Assembly (NCBI GenBank): GCA_965224025.1
Contig: OZ245033.1
Coordinates: forward strand, 3,392,001-3,456,000
Length of the DNA stretch: 64,000 nucleotides
DNA from: Candidatus Multivorans sp.
GTDB taxonomy: Bacteria; Acidobacteriota; Thermoanaerobaculia; Multivoradales; Multivoraceae
Reading direction: 5' to 3'
A program made the position numbers and the translations under genes. The notes beneath the pieces were generated by a model. It did not search any database. It was given only the letters and a program-made list of their open reading frames with translations, and was not told the origin of the DNA. Shown here piece by piece: positions 11,174 through 20,212 of this stretch (position 1 is the stretch's first letter; each line of letters opens with the position of its first letter).

Positions 11174-12970
11174 GTGATGCACTCCGGCCTCCGCCGCAGA
11201 CTCGCCGAGCTTCCGGATCAGCCGGGGATCTACATTTTCAAGTCGGAGGCCGGCGACGCGCTCTACGTCGGCAAGGCGAAGTCCCTCAAGCGGCGCGCCG
11301 CCTCCTACCGCAAGCCGGCGGAGGATCCGCGCATCGCCTTGATGCTCCAGGACGCGGCCGATATCGAGTTCGTCGTCACGGACTCGGAGGCCGAGGCCCT
11401 GCTGCTCGAGAACAACTGGATCAAGCGCCGGCAGCCCCGCTTCAACATCCGGCTGCGCGACGACAAGACGTACCCGTACCTCAAGCTCACCCTCGCCGAC
11501 GGCCACCCGCGCCTCGCCTTCACCCGGCGCATTCGCCGTGACGGCGCGGAGTACTACGGGCCCTACCTGCCCGCCGGACTGGCGCGCAAGGCGATCAAGC
11601 TGACGCAGAAGCTGTTCGGCATCCGCGTGTGCCGGATCGAGATCGACGGCAGCCTGCCGCGGCCCTGCCTCTACTACGACATGAAGCGCTGCCTGGGGCC
11701 CTGCGTCGACGGCCTGACCACCGACGAGGCCTACGCCGAGGCGGTGGAGAAGGCGCGTCTCTTTCTCGCCGGCAGGAACGACGAGTTGCTGCGGGATCTG
11801 CGCGGCCGCATGAAGACTCATGCAGCCGATCTGGAGTTCGAGGCCGCGGCCCGTGTTCGCGACACGGTGCAGGAAGTCGAACAGGTAAGTCAGCGGCGGA
11901 AGCTCTTCTTGGATAGGGGCGAGGATGTCGACATCTTCGGTGTCCACACCAGCGGCGACAACGCGGCGGTCGTCGTGCTGGTCATGCGCGGCGGCCAGGT
12001 TCTCGATCGTCGCGAGCTGTTCTGGGAGGGGATCTCGAGGATCACCGCCGAACGTCTGCTGTCGGAACTGCTGCCGCAGCTCTACGATCGGACCACCCTG
12101 ATTCCGAAGGAGATCCACCTGCCGGCGCCGATCGAGGGTGAAGAGGCGCTGGCTTCGTGGCTGAGCGAGCGGCGGGAATCGAAGGTCTACCTCCGCATGC
12201 CCTCGCGCGGACCGAAGGCTCAGCGGGTGGCTCTGGCCAACCGGAACGCACGGATGGCCTTCCGCCGGCGGTTCCGTGGCGCCGGGGCCGCCGGCGAGGC
12301 CAGCGAGGCGTTGCGGCGAGCACTCGACCTGGAAGAACCGCCGCGTTGGATCGAAGGCTTCGACATCTCGACCTTCGGCGGCAGCCAGACGGTCGCCTCC
12401 CTGGTGGTTTGGAGCGACGGCCGGATGGTCAAGAACCAGTACCGCAGCTTCAACATCCGGGGTCTGGAGCAGGCCGACGACTTCGCGTCGATCCGCCAGG
12501 CGGTGGAACGCCGCTACCGGCGCCGGCTGGAGGAGGTCGGCGAGATGCCCGACCTGATCCTGATCGACGGAGGGCGCGGCCAGTTGAACGCGGCGCTCGA
12601 AGGTCTGGCGGAACTCGGCGTCGACGAGACGCCGGTAGTTGGGCTGGCCAAGCGGGAGGAGGAGATCTACGTCCCGGCGCGACCGGCCCCGCTGCGGCTG
12701 AAGCGGAATCACGCCGGCCTGCGCGTCCTCCAGCAGGTGCGGGACGAGGCGCACCGGTTCGCCGTGTCGCGGCACCGCCGCCGCCGTTCCAGGCGGACCC
12801 TGCACAGCCGGTTCGACGACCTGCGAGGCATCGGGCCGCAGCGGCGCAAGCTGCTGGTGCGGCGCTTCGGCAGTTACACCGGCGTGACGCAGGCGTCGGA
12901 GGAGCAGCTCCAGGAGGTACTGGGGGCGAAGCTGGCGCGCTCGGTCTTCGACTCGGTCCATCGCGAGTAG
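11174..12970 (+). CDS. uvrC: Excinuclease ABC subunit C
   Basis: GIY-YIG (PGIY, YVGKAKSL), LRDDKTYPY, IDGGRGQL, RDEAHRFA, HhH. Confidence 0.99.
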   Translation: MMHSGLRRRLAELPDQPGIYIFKSEAGDALYVGKAKSLKRRAASYRKPAEDPRIALMLQDAADIEFVVTDSEAEALLLENNWIKRRQPRFNIRLRDDKTYPYLKLTLADGHPRLAFTRRIRRDGAEYYGPYLPAGLARKAIKLTQKLFGIRVCRIEIDGSLPRPCLYYDMKRCLGPCVDGLTTDEAYAEAVEKARLFLAGRNDELLRDLRGRMKTHAADLEFEAAARVRDTVQEVEQVSQRRKLFLDRGEDVDIFGVHTSGDNAAVVVLVMRGGQVLDRRELFWEGISRITAERLLSELLPQLYDRTTLIPKEIHLPAPIEGEEALASWLSERRESKVYLRMPSRGPKAQRVALANRNARMAFRRRFRGAGAAGEASEALRRALDLEEPPRWIEGFDISTFGGSQTVASLVVWSDGRMVKNQYRSFNIRGLEQADDFASIRQAVERRYRRRLEEVGEMPDLILIDGGRGQLNAALEGLAELGVDETPVVGLAKREEEIYVPARPAPLRLKRNHAGLRVLQQVRDEAHRFAVSRHRRRRSRRTLHSRFDDLRGIGPQRRKLLVRRFGSYTGVTQASEEQLQEVLGAKLARSVFDSVHRE

Positions 12971-13069
12971 GTGCGTCCTCAGGGCCGTTCCAAAGTCGAT
13001 GATTCTGCGGTCGGAGGTGCGGACATCACTCTCGGATCGACGGATCGGTGCCGAGCCGGCTCTCCGAGC

Positions 13070-13113
13070 CTGGGAACGCGGGCATCCTGCCCGCATCCGG
13101 CGCGAAGCGCCGG
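13070..13113. repeat. REP-like palindromes GCGGGCATCCTGCCCGC and CCGGCGCGAAGCGCCGG
   Basis: Two adjacent hairpins; the 21 bp at 13093-13113 recurs inverted at 20137-20157. Confidence 0.65.
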
Positions 13114-13138
13114 TCTCTGGGAGTTCTGCCGCGCTAGC

Positions 13139-13977
13139 AGTGCTTTCCAATCCTGAAATGAGCGTGAACGGGACCGTCATGGAGAATCGAGTCGGGTCGG
13201 TCTCGGAGTAGTTCTTGAGCGGCAGACGGTTCTGCACCGTCTGCCGCCTACGGTAGCGGCCGCTGCGAGGCCGCGGCGGCTTACGGGGGTTGTGCTCCGG
13301 CCTGGGCCGGAGGTGGCGTGCGGTGTATGGCATCGGGCTGCGCGGTCTGCGGTTCAGGCGCTCCGGCGCCGGTTGGGATCGGACTCCCGGTCGATGAGTT
13401 CGAAGAGTCGGGCACGAGCCAGCTTGAGGGCGGTCGCGGCGTCGAGGTCGCTCGTGGCGCCGGCCTGGTCTTCGAGGGCGGCGATGGTGACGCCGGGCCT
13501 GAAGTACCGCTGCGCGTCCGGCAGGGCCTTGAGCTTCTCGAACGGCGTCATGGCGTCCTGGTAGCGGTAGCGCTTCCTGGTGCGCCCCTTCTTGTCGGTG
13601 ACCTCGGTGGGAAACAGGCACGGGCGGTGGAAGTTGAGGAAGGGCGTGAGCACATCGCGGGCGAAGGCGTTGACCTCGCGGGCGAACAGCTTGGGGATGT
13701 GCCGGTATCCGAACTGGCGCCGGATCACGTTGCCGTTCCTGGATTCGACCAGGGCGTTGTCGTTGCCGTGCCGGCTGCGGGACTTGGTGAACTCGGGGAC
13801 GTGCAGTTGGTTGAGCATCTCCGCGACCTTGCGGTTGATGTACTCGGAGCCGTTGTCGGCGTGGAAGCCCAGCACCTTGAAGGGGCAGGACTCGATGAGC
13901 TCCCTTGAGCACCGGCGCCAGGCACCGCTGGGAGATGGCCCGCACCGTCGCTACGTGCTCCCCCGCTGGACAGCGCT
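13139..13977 (-). mobile_element. IS remnant (integrase-core DDE transposase, ISNCY/IS481-like): C-terminal half plus right end
   Basis: GFHADNGSEYIN, DNALVESRNG, FLNFHRPC; frameshifted upstream part; terminal sequence 13139-13168 is an imperfect inverted repeat of 15092-15120. Confidence 0.85.
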
Positions 13978-13982
13978 CGGCG

Positions 13983-14010
13983 TTGACAGGCTTGACAGCC
14001 GTGGTACACT
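13983..14010 (+). promoter_or_regulatory. Sigma70-type promoter
   Basis: TTGACA (13983) - 16 nt - TACACT (14005) with extended TGn; second TTGACA at 13992. Confidence 0.7.
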
Positions 14011-14054
14011 ACCGCCCAAACAACGGAGGTCCTCCACAACTAGGAGGTCCTCCA

Positions 14055-14544
14055 ATGAGGAAAGACAGTTGGTTTCGTGGCGCGGTCCTGAGCATCCTGT
14101 TCTTCGCGCTGATCGTGGGTGGCGTTCCGTTGCCGGCCAGCGCGCAACTACCTGACGGTGGCGGCGAAACTATCACCGTTACGGCTCCGGCCCCAACATA
14201 TCAGCCGGGAAACCCGGGGCAAGACACCGGCAAGGCTAGAAGGCGGAGACCGCCCAAAAAGAAAACGAGGCTCGGCGCAGGGACCGCTCAATACTACGAA
14301 ATGCACCGCAGGGTGCAGCGTTGAACAACGTGTGTAGTGACCTAGACTCTGCGCAAACCGCGGTAGCCGTAGCTGCGCTAGCCGCTGCAGTCTTGTCGCT
14401 TGGCTTGGCAGTAGGGGGAATATCCCCGGCGCGGCGATACTCTTGGCCGCCGCCGCGGTTGGGTTCGCCGGCTACAACGCTATGCTGACTTGGTGTAACA
14501 GCACCTTTCGACCTTGGTACGCCACACAATTCAGCGGAGGATAA
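14055..14544 (+). pseudogene. Frameshifted secreted protein (~163 aa reconstructed) with hydrophobic C-terminal hairpin
   Basis: AGGAGG RBS, signal peptide ending ASA|Q; two single-base insertions (within 14240-14321 and at G5 14414-14418) join three segments up to TAA 14542. Confidence 0.6.
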
Positions 14545-14547
14545 CCC

Positions 14548-14637
14548 GTGATCAGTGCAACTTTCGTTTGGCTTGTGTTTGGCGCGGTCGGCATCGTTAT
14601 TGCCGTTCTCGCGCGGCGGGAGAAGCGCCGCGGATGA
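14548..14637 (+). CDS. 29-aa single-TM peptide MISATFVWLVFGAVGIVIAVLARREKRRG
   Basis: GGAGG 7 nt before GTG; hydrophobic helix plus basic tail. Confidence 0.6.
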   Translation: MISATFVWLVFGAVGIVIAVLARREKRRG

Positions 14638-14869
14638 AGCGCTTGCGGTCTCCTGTACTGGGCTTGTCGCGTAGGTTGCGACTTCCGCCCTAGCCGCTTG
14701 GTTGGTTTGTCTCCCCGCCGCGCCGTCGAGTCCGAGGGCGCGGCCGGGAGCGCCGGCCAAGCCCGTAACGGTCCGACCACCGCCCCCCAACGGGTACCCC
14801 CGCGGGGCGCCGTTGGGCCGGGTCCACTCCTGGCCCGGAAGGGCTGAATCAAAACAGACAAGCCCGTGG

Positions 14870-15120
14870 TGAGAATCGGCCTGGTACCGAAACGCACCAG
14901 CGTCTCGCACACGAAACGGTAGGCCGATTCCCGGTCCCAGGAGCGCGATGTCCGCGGCCTCGGCGCCGACCACGAACGCGCGTACATCATTCAGCGTCTC
15001 CAAACGGTGGGTCTGTAGCGACACGATCATCCTCCGATGATCCCCGGTACCAACCGCTCACGCTCAGCTCTCGTTGGATTGACGCACCTCGCTCACGCTC
15101 ACTTCTCATTGGACAGCGCT
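14870..15120 (-). mobile_element. IS remnant: left end and frameshifted N-terminus of the same transposase type as 13139-13977
   Basis: MIVSLQTHRLETLNDVRAFV...RESAYRFVCETLVRF; subterminal 22-bp imperfect direct repeats at 15057 and 15092; IR partner of 13139-13168. Confidence 0.7.
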
Positions 15121-15399
15121 TGTCCGGGCGGTAGCGGTATCCACGCCGCTATAGTCAACAGCGCTTGCGACGACTGGAACGGCATGTCTGACGCGGCGCA
15201 GTGCGCAGGGCTGATTGGCGCCGTTGCCGCCGCGAGTTTTATCGTGGCTGGCTTGGCCGCACAGATAGAGACGGCAGGCGGAGTAACTCTAGCGGGCATT
15301 TTCCTGGTTCTTCGCTACGGTAGGGCGATCGCTTCCTACATGCGGGCAATTGCCGCAGTGCTTACGGAAGGCTGCGCGATGTACTTGTCGACCCTCTAA
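15121..15399 (+). pseudogene. 5'-truncated hydrophobic Cys-containing protein, possible paralog of 14055-14544
   Basis: Open frame begins at the IS end; NSACDD...hydrophobic hairpin...AVLTEGC. Confidence 0.5.
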
Positions 15400-15539
15400 T
15401 GATGGAGTTTCTGAGCCACCCTCTCGGTTTCCTAGCCTTCTGGCTGGCCATCCTGTTTGCTTGTGGACCTACGGCCCGTTTCTGCGGGCGATTTGTAGGC
15501 CGCTGGATGGCACAACGGAAAGCGAACCGCTCCGCTTGA
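15399..15539 (+). CDS. 46-aa membrane peptide MMEFLSHPLGFLAFWLAILFACGPTARFCGRFVGRWMAQRKANRSA
   Basis: TAATG stop/start overlap with upstream ORF; hydrophobic helix plus basic tail. Confidence 0.55.
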   Translation: MMEFLSHPLGFLAFWLAILFACGPTARFCGRFVGRWMAQRKANRSA

Positions 15540-15934
15540 AGCGGGCGGTGTTCGGATTCCTTCCCCACAACCCGGTTCTTTTCCCGGAGTGGCTGGTCCG
15601 TCTGCTCAAACTCTTGTGGAACGCGGCATTGAGGACCTGATCGTCTTCTGCGGCGGCGGCTGAAACGTCGTTTCGGAGAGTGACGCCTACCGCCGCCTCC
15701 GGGCAACCCGGGTGTGGCGGTTTCTACAAGTGGGGCGGCAGCATAGACTCAGGCGCATGCCTCGAACTGCCCGAAACGGTGAAGCCCACGCCATGTAGCA
15801 TGTGGAGCGGGTACCGAGGGCTGATCTCGGCATCGTGTGTACCTCCGCCTCCACGGACGTGGTACTCACAAGCCGACACGACCCTCACCCGTACCTCTGG
15901 GTGCGGGGGGATGGCTCGATGATTCCCCGCAGCA

Positions 15935-16854
15935 GGAGCCTTCGGCAGCTTGTCCAGCACGTTCCTCAGTCGATGCACCCAGCGTCTCTGCTCCCTGGTT
16001 TCGGGCCACACGTCGCGGATCGCGCCACAGGCCCAGAGCGCCGTCGCCGATGGCCAGGACCGGCGCTCGCAGGCCGCGGCGCTTCAGGTCCCGCAGGACG
16101 CTCGACCAGTTCTCCGCGCTCCCCGGTACCCGTCCTCGACCGCGATCAGCTCCTTAGTCCCGTCACGGCGCACACCCAGCAGGACCAGCGTGCACAGGCG
16201 ATCGTCCTCCAGACGGACCCGGAAGTGCACGCCCGTCCGCCCACACGTACACGTAGTCCTCGGCAGGTCCCGTCGCCGGAAGGACCGGTACTCCTCCTCC
16301 CAGGCCGACGTCATCCGCGTGATGCTGGAAGCCGACATGCCCGAGGCCTTGTCCCCCAGCAGGGCATCGAGAGCTTCCCTGAAATCGCCCGTCGAAAGGC
16401 CCCGTACGTACAGCACCGGAAGCACCTCCGACACCTTCGGCGACCGACTCATGTACGGCGGAAGGATCGAACTGGTGAAGCGATGATCAGGCCTCCGATC
16501 ATGCACGCGCGGAGCCTGCACTTTCGCCGTGCCTCCGCCGGTCGTCTCTCGCCGCGGCCGGCCTCTGCCGTTGCGCACCACCAAGGCCCGACCGTCGGTG
16601 CCGCGCTCGGCGCGGTGTCTCTCCACGTAGTCGGCGACTTCGGCGTCCAGAGCCTCCATCAACATCCGGCGAGCGCCCTCGCGGGCCAGCTCATCCAGCG
16701 TCGAGGGGACATTCCCCTCCGGGACGGTTCCAGTATCTTGAGCATCGGGCGGCGTGTCCTTTCTCCCGGCATCCGACCGGGTATTCAGTTGAACACCCAG
16801 GAGGATACGCCGCCTGATCTACATCAACGGATCCACAACTTCTGGCAGTAGCTC
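15935..16854 (-). mobile_element. IS256-family transposase pseudogene with left end
   Basis: LDELAREGARRML, VVRNG, FTSSILPPY, LYVRGLSTGDF, WPETREQRRWVH; frameshifted, 3'-truncated. Confidence 0.9.
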
Positions 16855-16964
16855 ACCTCCTTGGAAAACCGGCAGACCGGTTTCCCCCAGCTACCTCAGC
16901 CCGCTTCCACGGTTGACTCAAAGAGACCGACGAGCCAAGACTCCCGTACAATCAACACGACCGA

Positions 16965-17016
16965 GGTGGCTCACTTTCCAAGCGTTGGATGGCTCACTTT
17001 CCGAGCGTTGCCAACA
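16965..17016. mobile_element. IS21-type terminus remnant
   Basis: Tandem TGGCTCACTTTCC(A/G)AGCGTTG, period 23, ending in CAACA. Confidence 0.65.
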
Positions 17017-17118
17017 GAACTGCCGGTGCCGTACCTGCGGGGTCTGTCGACGGGCGACTTCAAGGAGGCGCTGGCGGCGGACCACCAACGCGATCGAATC
17101 GACCTTCGGCACGCTTCG
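17017..17118 (+). pseudogene. IS256 transposase scraps
   Basis: YLRGLSTGDFKEAL and, in another frame, RTTNAIESTFGTLR. Confidence 0.75.
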
Positions 17119-17450
17119 TTCTGCGTCGAGGCTCTCGATGAGGCCCTGTCCCGTTGCGGCCGGCCCGAGATCTCTAACACGGACCAGGGTTGCCAGTTCA
17201 CCAGCGCGGACTTCACCGGCCTGCTAGAGGAAGCCGAGGTGGCGATCTCGATGGACGGCTGCGGCCGTTGTATGGACAACGTGTTCATCGAGCGTCTCTG
17301 GCGCTCGCTGAAGCACGAGGCCGTGTACCGCCACGAGCTGGCCGACGGCCTCGAGGCGCGGCAGGTGATCGGCGCCTGGCTCGCTTTCTACAATCTCGAG
17401 CGGCCGCATTCATCCCATCAGGGGCAGGACGCCTGCCTACGTCTACCGCG
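17119..17450 (+). pseudogene. IS3-family transposase (OrfB) fragment
   Basis: NTDQGCQFTS, ISMDGCGRCMDNVFIERLWRSLKHE, FYNLERPHSS. Confidence 0.9.
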
Positions 17451-17556
17451 GCGCGAACCGGGATACGACGTCCAACGCTCGGCTCCGGGGCGAGTCGAAT
17501 TTTCCGCAGATTCCGCAGTCTTCCACAGCCCCGGCGGCTGCGGCGAACTGCTTCAT

Positions 17557-18514
17557 CAGTTGCTGCTGGGCTACTTCGAGGGTCTGGACTCGGAGCGGGG
17601 CATCGCGTGGCGGGCTCATGACTCCCTGGGCACTCGTCGGTTCCTCGGTTTGGGGGTGACCGAATCGGCGCCGGATCACTCGACGATTTCGCGCACTCGG
17701 CGGCAGACCGATGTGGAGACTCACCGCAGGGTGTTCCGTCGGTTCTCGGCCGTCTGGCGGAATCGGGTCTGGTGTCGGGCAAAACGGCAGGCGTGGATGC
17801 GACGACTCTGGAGGCGAACGCTGCGCTACGGAGCATCGTGCGTCGCGACACGGGCGAGGACTACGAGGAGTTCGTGCGGGGTCTGGCGGAGGCTTCGGGC
17901 GTGGCCACGCCCGAAGCGGGCGGAGCTGGCCCGTTTCGACCGCAAGCGCAAGAAGAAGCTGTCGAACGAGGAGTCGGAGAATCCTCACGATCCGGACACG
18001 CAGGTCACCAAGATGAAGGATGGCCGCGCGCACCTTGCATGCAAGGCGGAACAGGCGGTGGATCTGGAATGCGGGACCATCCTGGGCGTGCCGGTCCATG
18101 GCAGCGCCAAGGGAGACGGAGTCACTCTTCGGGACACTGGACGAGACCTTCGAGCAGGTGGAGTCGGCAGTCGGCGACTCGGCGGCTGCATCTGCGCGGG
18201 CGCCGCAACGCGCTCAAGCGCCTCTACATTCAGGCCTGCGGCTTCAACCTCGCCCTCCTGATACGTACGCTCGTGAGAGTCGGAACGCCACGGGTGCTCC
18301 AGCGGCGGGCTGCGGCGGTTCTCGACGCTCTGGTCGGCCCACATGCGACGCTCTGGGAACGACTTGCCGAGCCATTCCGGCGGCTCCTCGCCCGATGGCA
18401 GGCAAACCGCGCCGCGATGCGTCCCCAGTTCAATCTCGCCTTCCCTGGCGCCAACGTCGACTCTGGAGAAGACAGCATCGCTCGGACCGCACGACCGCTG
18501 CCACGGGCTGTTAG
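17557..18514 (+). mobile_element. IS1182-like transposase pseudogene with right end
   Basis: GYFEGLDSERGIAWR, PDHSTISRTR, VDATTLEANAA, KMKDGR, GFNLALL; several frameshifts and an internal deletion. Confidence 0.8.
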
Positions 18515-18759
18515 CCTGGACCTGAAACCGTCCAACGAAACGGGACCACCTCAGCGAGGCCGCTCGCACCGAGCCTGAGTTCCAGTTCGGCCCGGCCGAC
18601 GGGTGCGAGGAGCAGGTCCAGGGCATCGCGTGCTCGGGTGGCGAGAGCAACGTGGTCGGTGAGGACCGCCCCTACCCTTGGTGAGTCGACGCACGTCGGG
18701 CTGAGAGCCGGAGGCGGAAGGCCGGGCGTTCGCGTACGAGAGATGCTAGTCTTCCTCGC

Positions 18760-19177
18760 GCCGGAGGACCGGATGCGGTCGCTCCCGGCGGCGCCGCCGC
18801 CGGGGGAGGAAAGTCCGGACTCCAACGGACGGCATGCTTGCTAACGGCAAGGCGTGGTGACGCGACGGAAAGTGCAACAGAGAGCAGACCGCCGGCCCGA
18901 GGGTTCCGGAGTCCGATCCGGGCTTCGGCTGCTGGAGGGCCGGCAAGGGTGAAACGGTGCGGTAAGAGCGCACCGCTCGGCCGGTGACGGTGCGAGGCGA
19001 TGGCAAACCCCATGTGGAGCAAGACCAAATAGGGAGCGCGGATCGGGCTGTCCGTCCCGATTCCGGGCTGTTTGCAGCCCGGGACGCCCTCCGGGTAGGT
19101 CGCAGAGATGAATGGCCGCCTCCCCTTAGCCTCCAGGTGAGGGGACGAACAGAATCCGGCTTACGAGGTCCTCCGGC
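18760..19177 (+). ncRNA. rnpB: RNase P RNA (type A)
   Basis: GAGGAAAGTCCGG, GGAAAGTGCAACAG, GGGTGAAACGGTGCGGTAAGAGCGCACC, ACAGAATCCGGCTTA; P1 GCCGGAGGACC/GGTCCTCCGGC; TGnTAGTCT -10 at 18744-18752. Confidence 0.97.
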
Positions 19178-19179
19178 AC

Positions 19180-20115
19180 TTGACCTTTCGTAGCAGCGGA
19201 GCCCGGCCCGGCGCGAAACGTCCGGCCGCCGCTCGGCCCGGGGACCGGATCGGGATCGCCGCGCTCTCGGGACCGATCGACGAGGAACGCCTAGCCACGG
19301 GCGTAGCGGCACTCGAGGACCTCGGTTTCGAAGTGGTGCTGGCGTCCAACCTGCGTCCCGGAGCGACCCACGAAGGGAGGGCCCTCTTCGCGGGTTCGGA
19401 CCGTCAGCGTCTGGCGGCGTTCCACGAATTGGCCGCGGACGACAGCGTGGCCGGAATCGTCTTCGCCCGCGGCGGATACGGCGTCACCAGGCTGCTGGAG
19501 AGGATCGACTGGCCGCTGCTGGCGTCCCGACCGCGGCCTTACGTGGGCTACTCCGACCTGACTCCCATGCTCCTGGGCCTCGTGGCGCGCACCGGCACAG
19601 TTGCCTACCACGGTCCGATGGTGGTCGACTTCGCGCGTGGACTGCGGCCGGACGAAAGGACGTCCTTCCTCGACGCGCTGGCCGGGGAGCCGGGTGCGAC
19701 GTGGCAGTTGGAGCCGGTTGTCCGCGGGCTGTCGGCCGGCCGACCGGAGGCAACCCGCGGGCGGCTGCTCGGCGGCTGCCTGAGCATGCTGGCGGCCACG
19801 ATCGGGACGGGTTTTCCGCTCGACTTTCGGAACTCCATCCTCGTGCTCGAGGACATCGACGAGCCGGAGTACAGGATCGACCGGCTACTGGTCCAACTCC
19901 GGACATCGCGCGTTCTGGCCGGTGTGCGGGCGGTAGTTGGCGGCCACTTCACGAACTGCGACGCGCGCGACAGCCTGATCGACTTCGCGGAGGCGCTCGG
20001 TGTGCCGCTCCTGGTCGGGTTGCCGGCAGGCCACGAGGCGCCCAATCACACGTTGCCCCTGGGAACCGCGGTCCGGCTCGATCCGGCGGCGGGCACGCTC
20101 AAGGTGATGGCCTGA
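19180..20115 (+). CDS. ldcA: LD-carboxypeptidase (peptidase S66)
   Basis: ARGGYG, VGYSDLT, YHGPM, GGCLS, LEDIDE, AGH. Confidence 0.93.
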   Translation: MTFRSSGARPGAKRPAAARPGDRIGIAALSGPIDEERLATGVAALEDLGFEVVLASNLRPGATHEGRALFAGSDRQRLAAFHELAADDSVAGIVFARGGYGVTRLLERIDWPLLASRPRPYVGYSDLTPMLLGLVARTGTVAYHGPMVVDFARGLRPDERTSFLDALAGEPGATWQLEPVVRGLSAGRPEATRGRLLGGCLSMLAATIGTGFPLDFRNSILVLEDIDEPEYRIDRLLVQLRTSRVLAGVRAVVGGHFTNCDARDSLIDFAEALGVPLLVGLPAGHEAPNHTLPLGTAVRLDPAAGTLKVMA

Positions 20116-20136
20116 GGACGGCGGAATTGCCGGAAG

Positions 20137-20157
20137 CCGGCGCTTCGCGCCGGATGC
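20137..20157. repeat. REP-like hairpin, exact inverted copy of 13093-13113
   Basis: CCGGCGCTTCGCGCCGGATGC. Confidence 0.65.
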
Positions 20158-20212
20158 CGGCCAGAGGCCGGCGCACCCGGTTTCCGCCGCGCGCATAGCA
20201 TCCCGCGCAACG

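Noticed and set aside
11132-13945. 937-aa minus-strand ORF
   Set aside because: Mostly antisense to uvrC; only the first few codons are transposase-derived
14634-14693. 19-aa ORF MKRLRSPVLGLSRRLRLPP overlapping the peptide stop
   Set aside because: Too short and no supporting features
15540-15935. Short ORFs between module 2 and the IS256 remnant
   Set aside because: No recognisable motif, RBS or coherent frame
16965-17016. Tandem repeat as a CRISPR array
   Set aside because: Two copies with no spacer and no cas genes; fits an IS21-type end
16861-18261. 466-aa ORF as a novel fusion protein
   Set aside because: Chance in-frame concatenation of an IS end with IS256, IS3 and IS1182 scraps; the middle is out of frame with the transposase
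18515-18745. Possible gene remnant upstream of rnpB
   Set aside because: No recognisable homology, and the ORF overlaps rnpB
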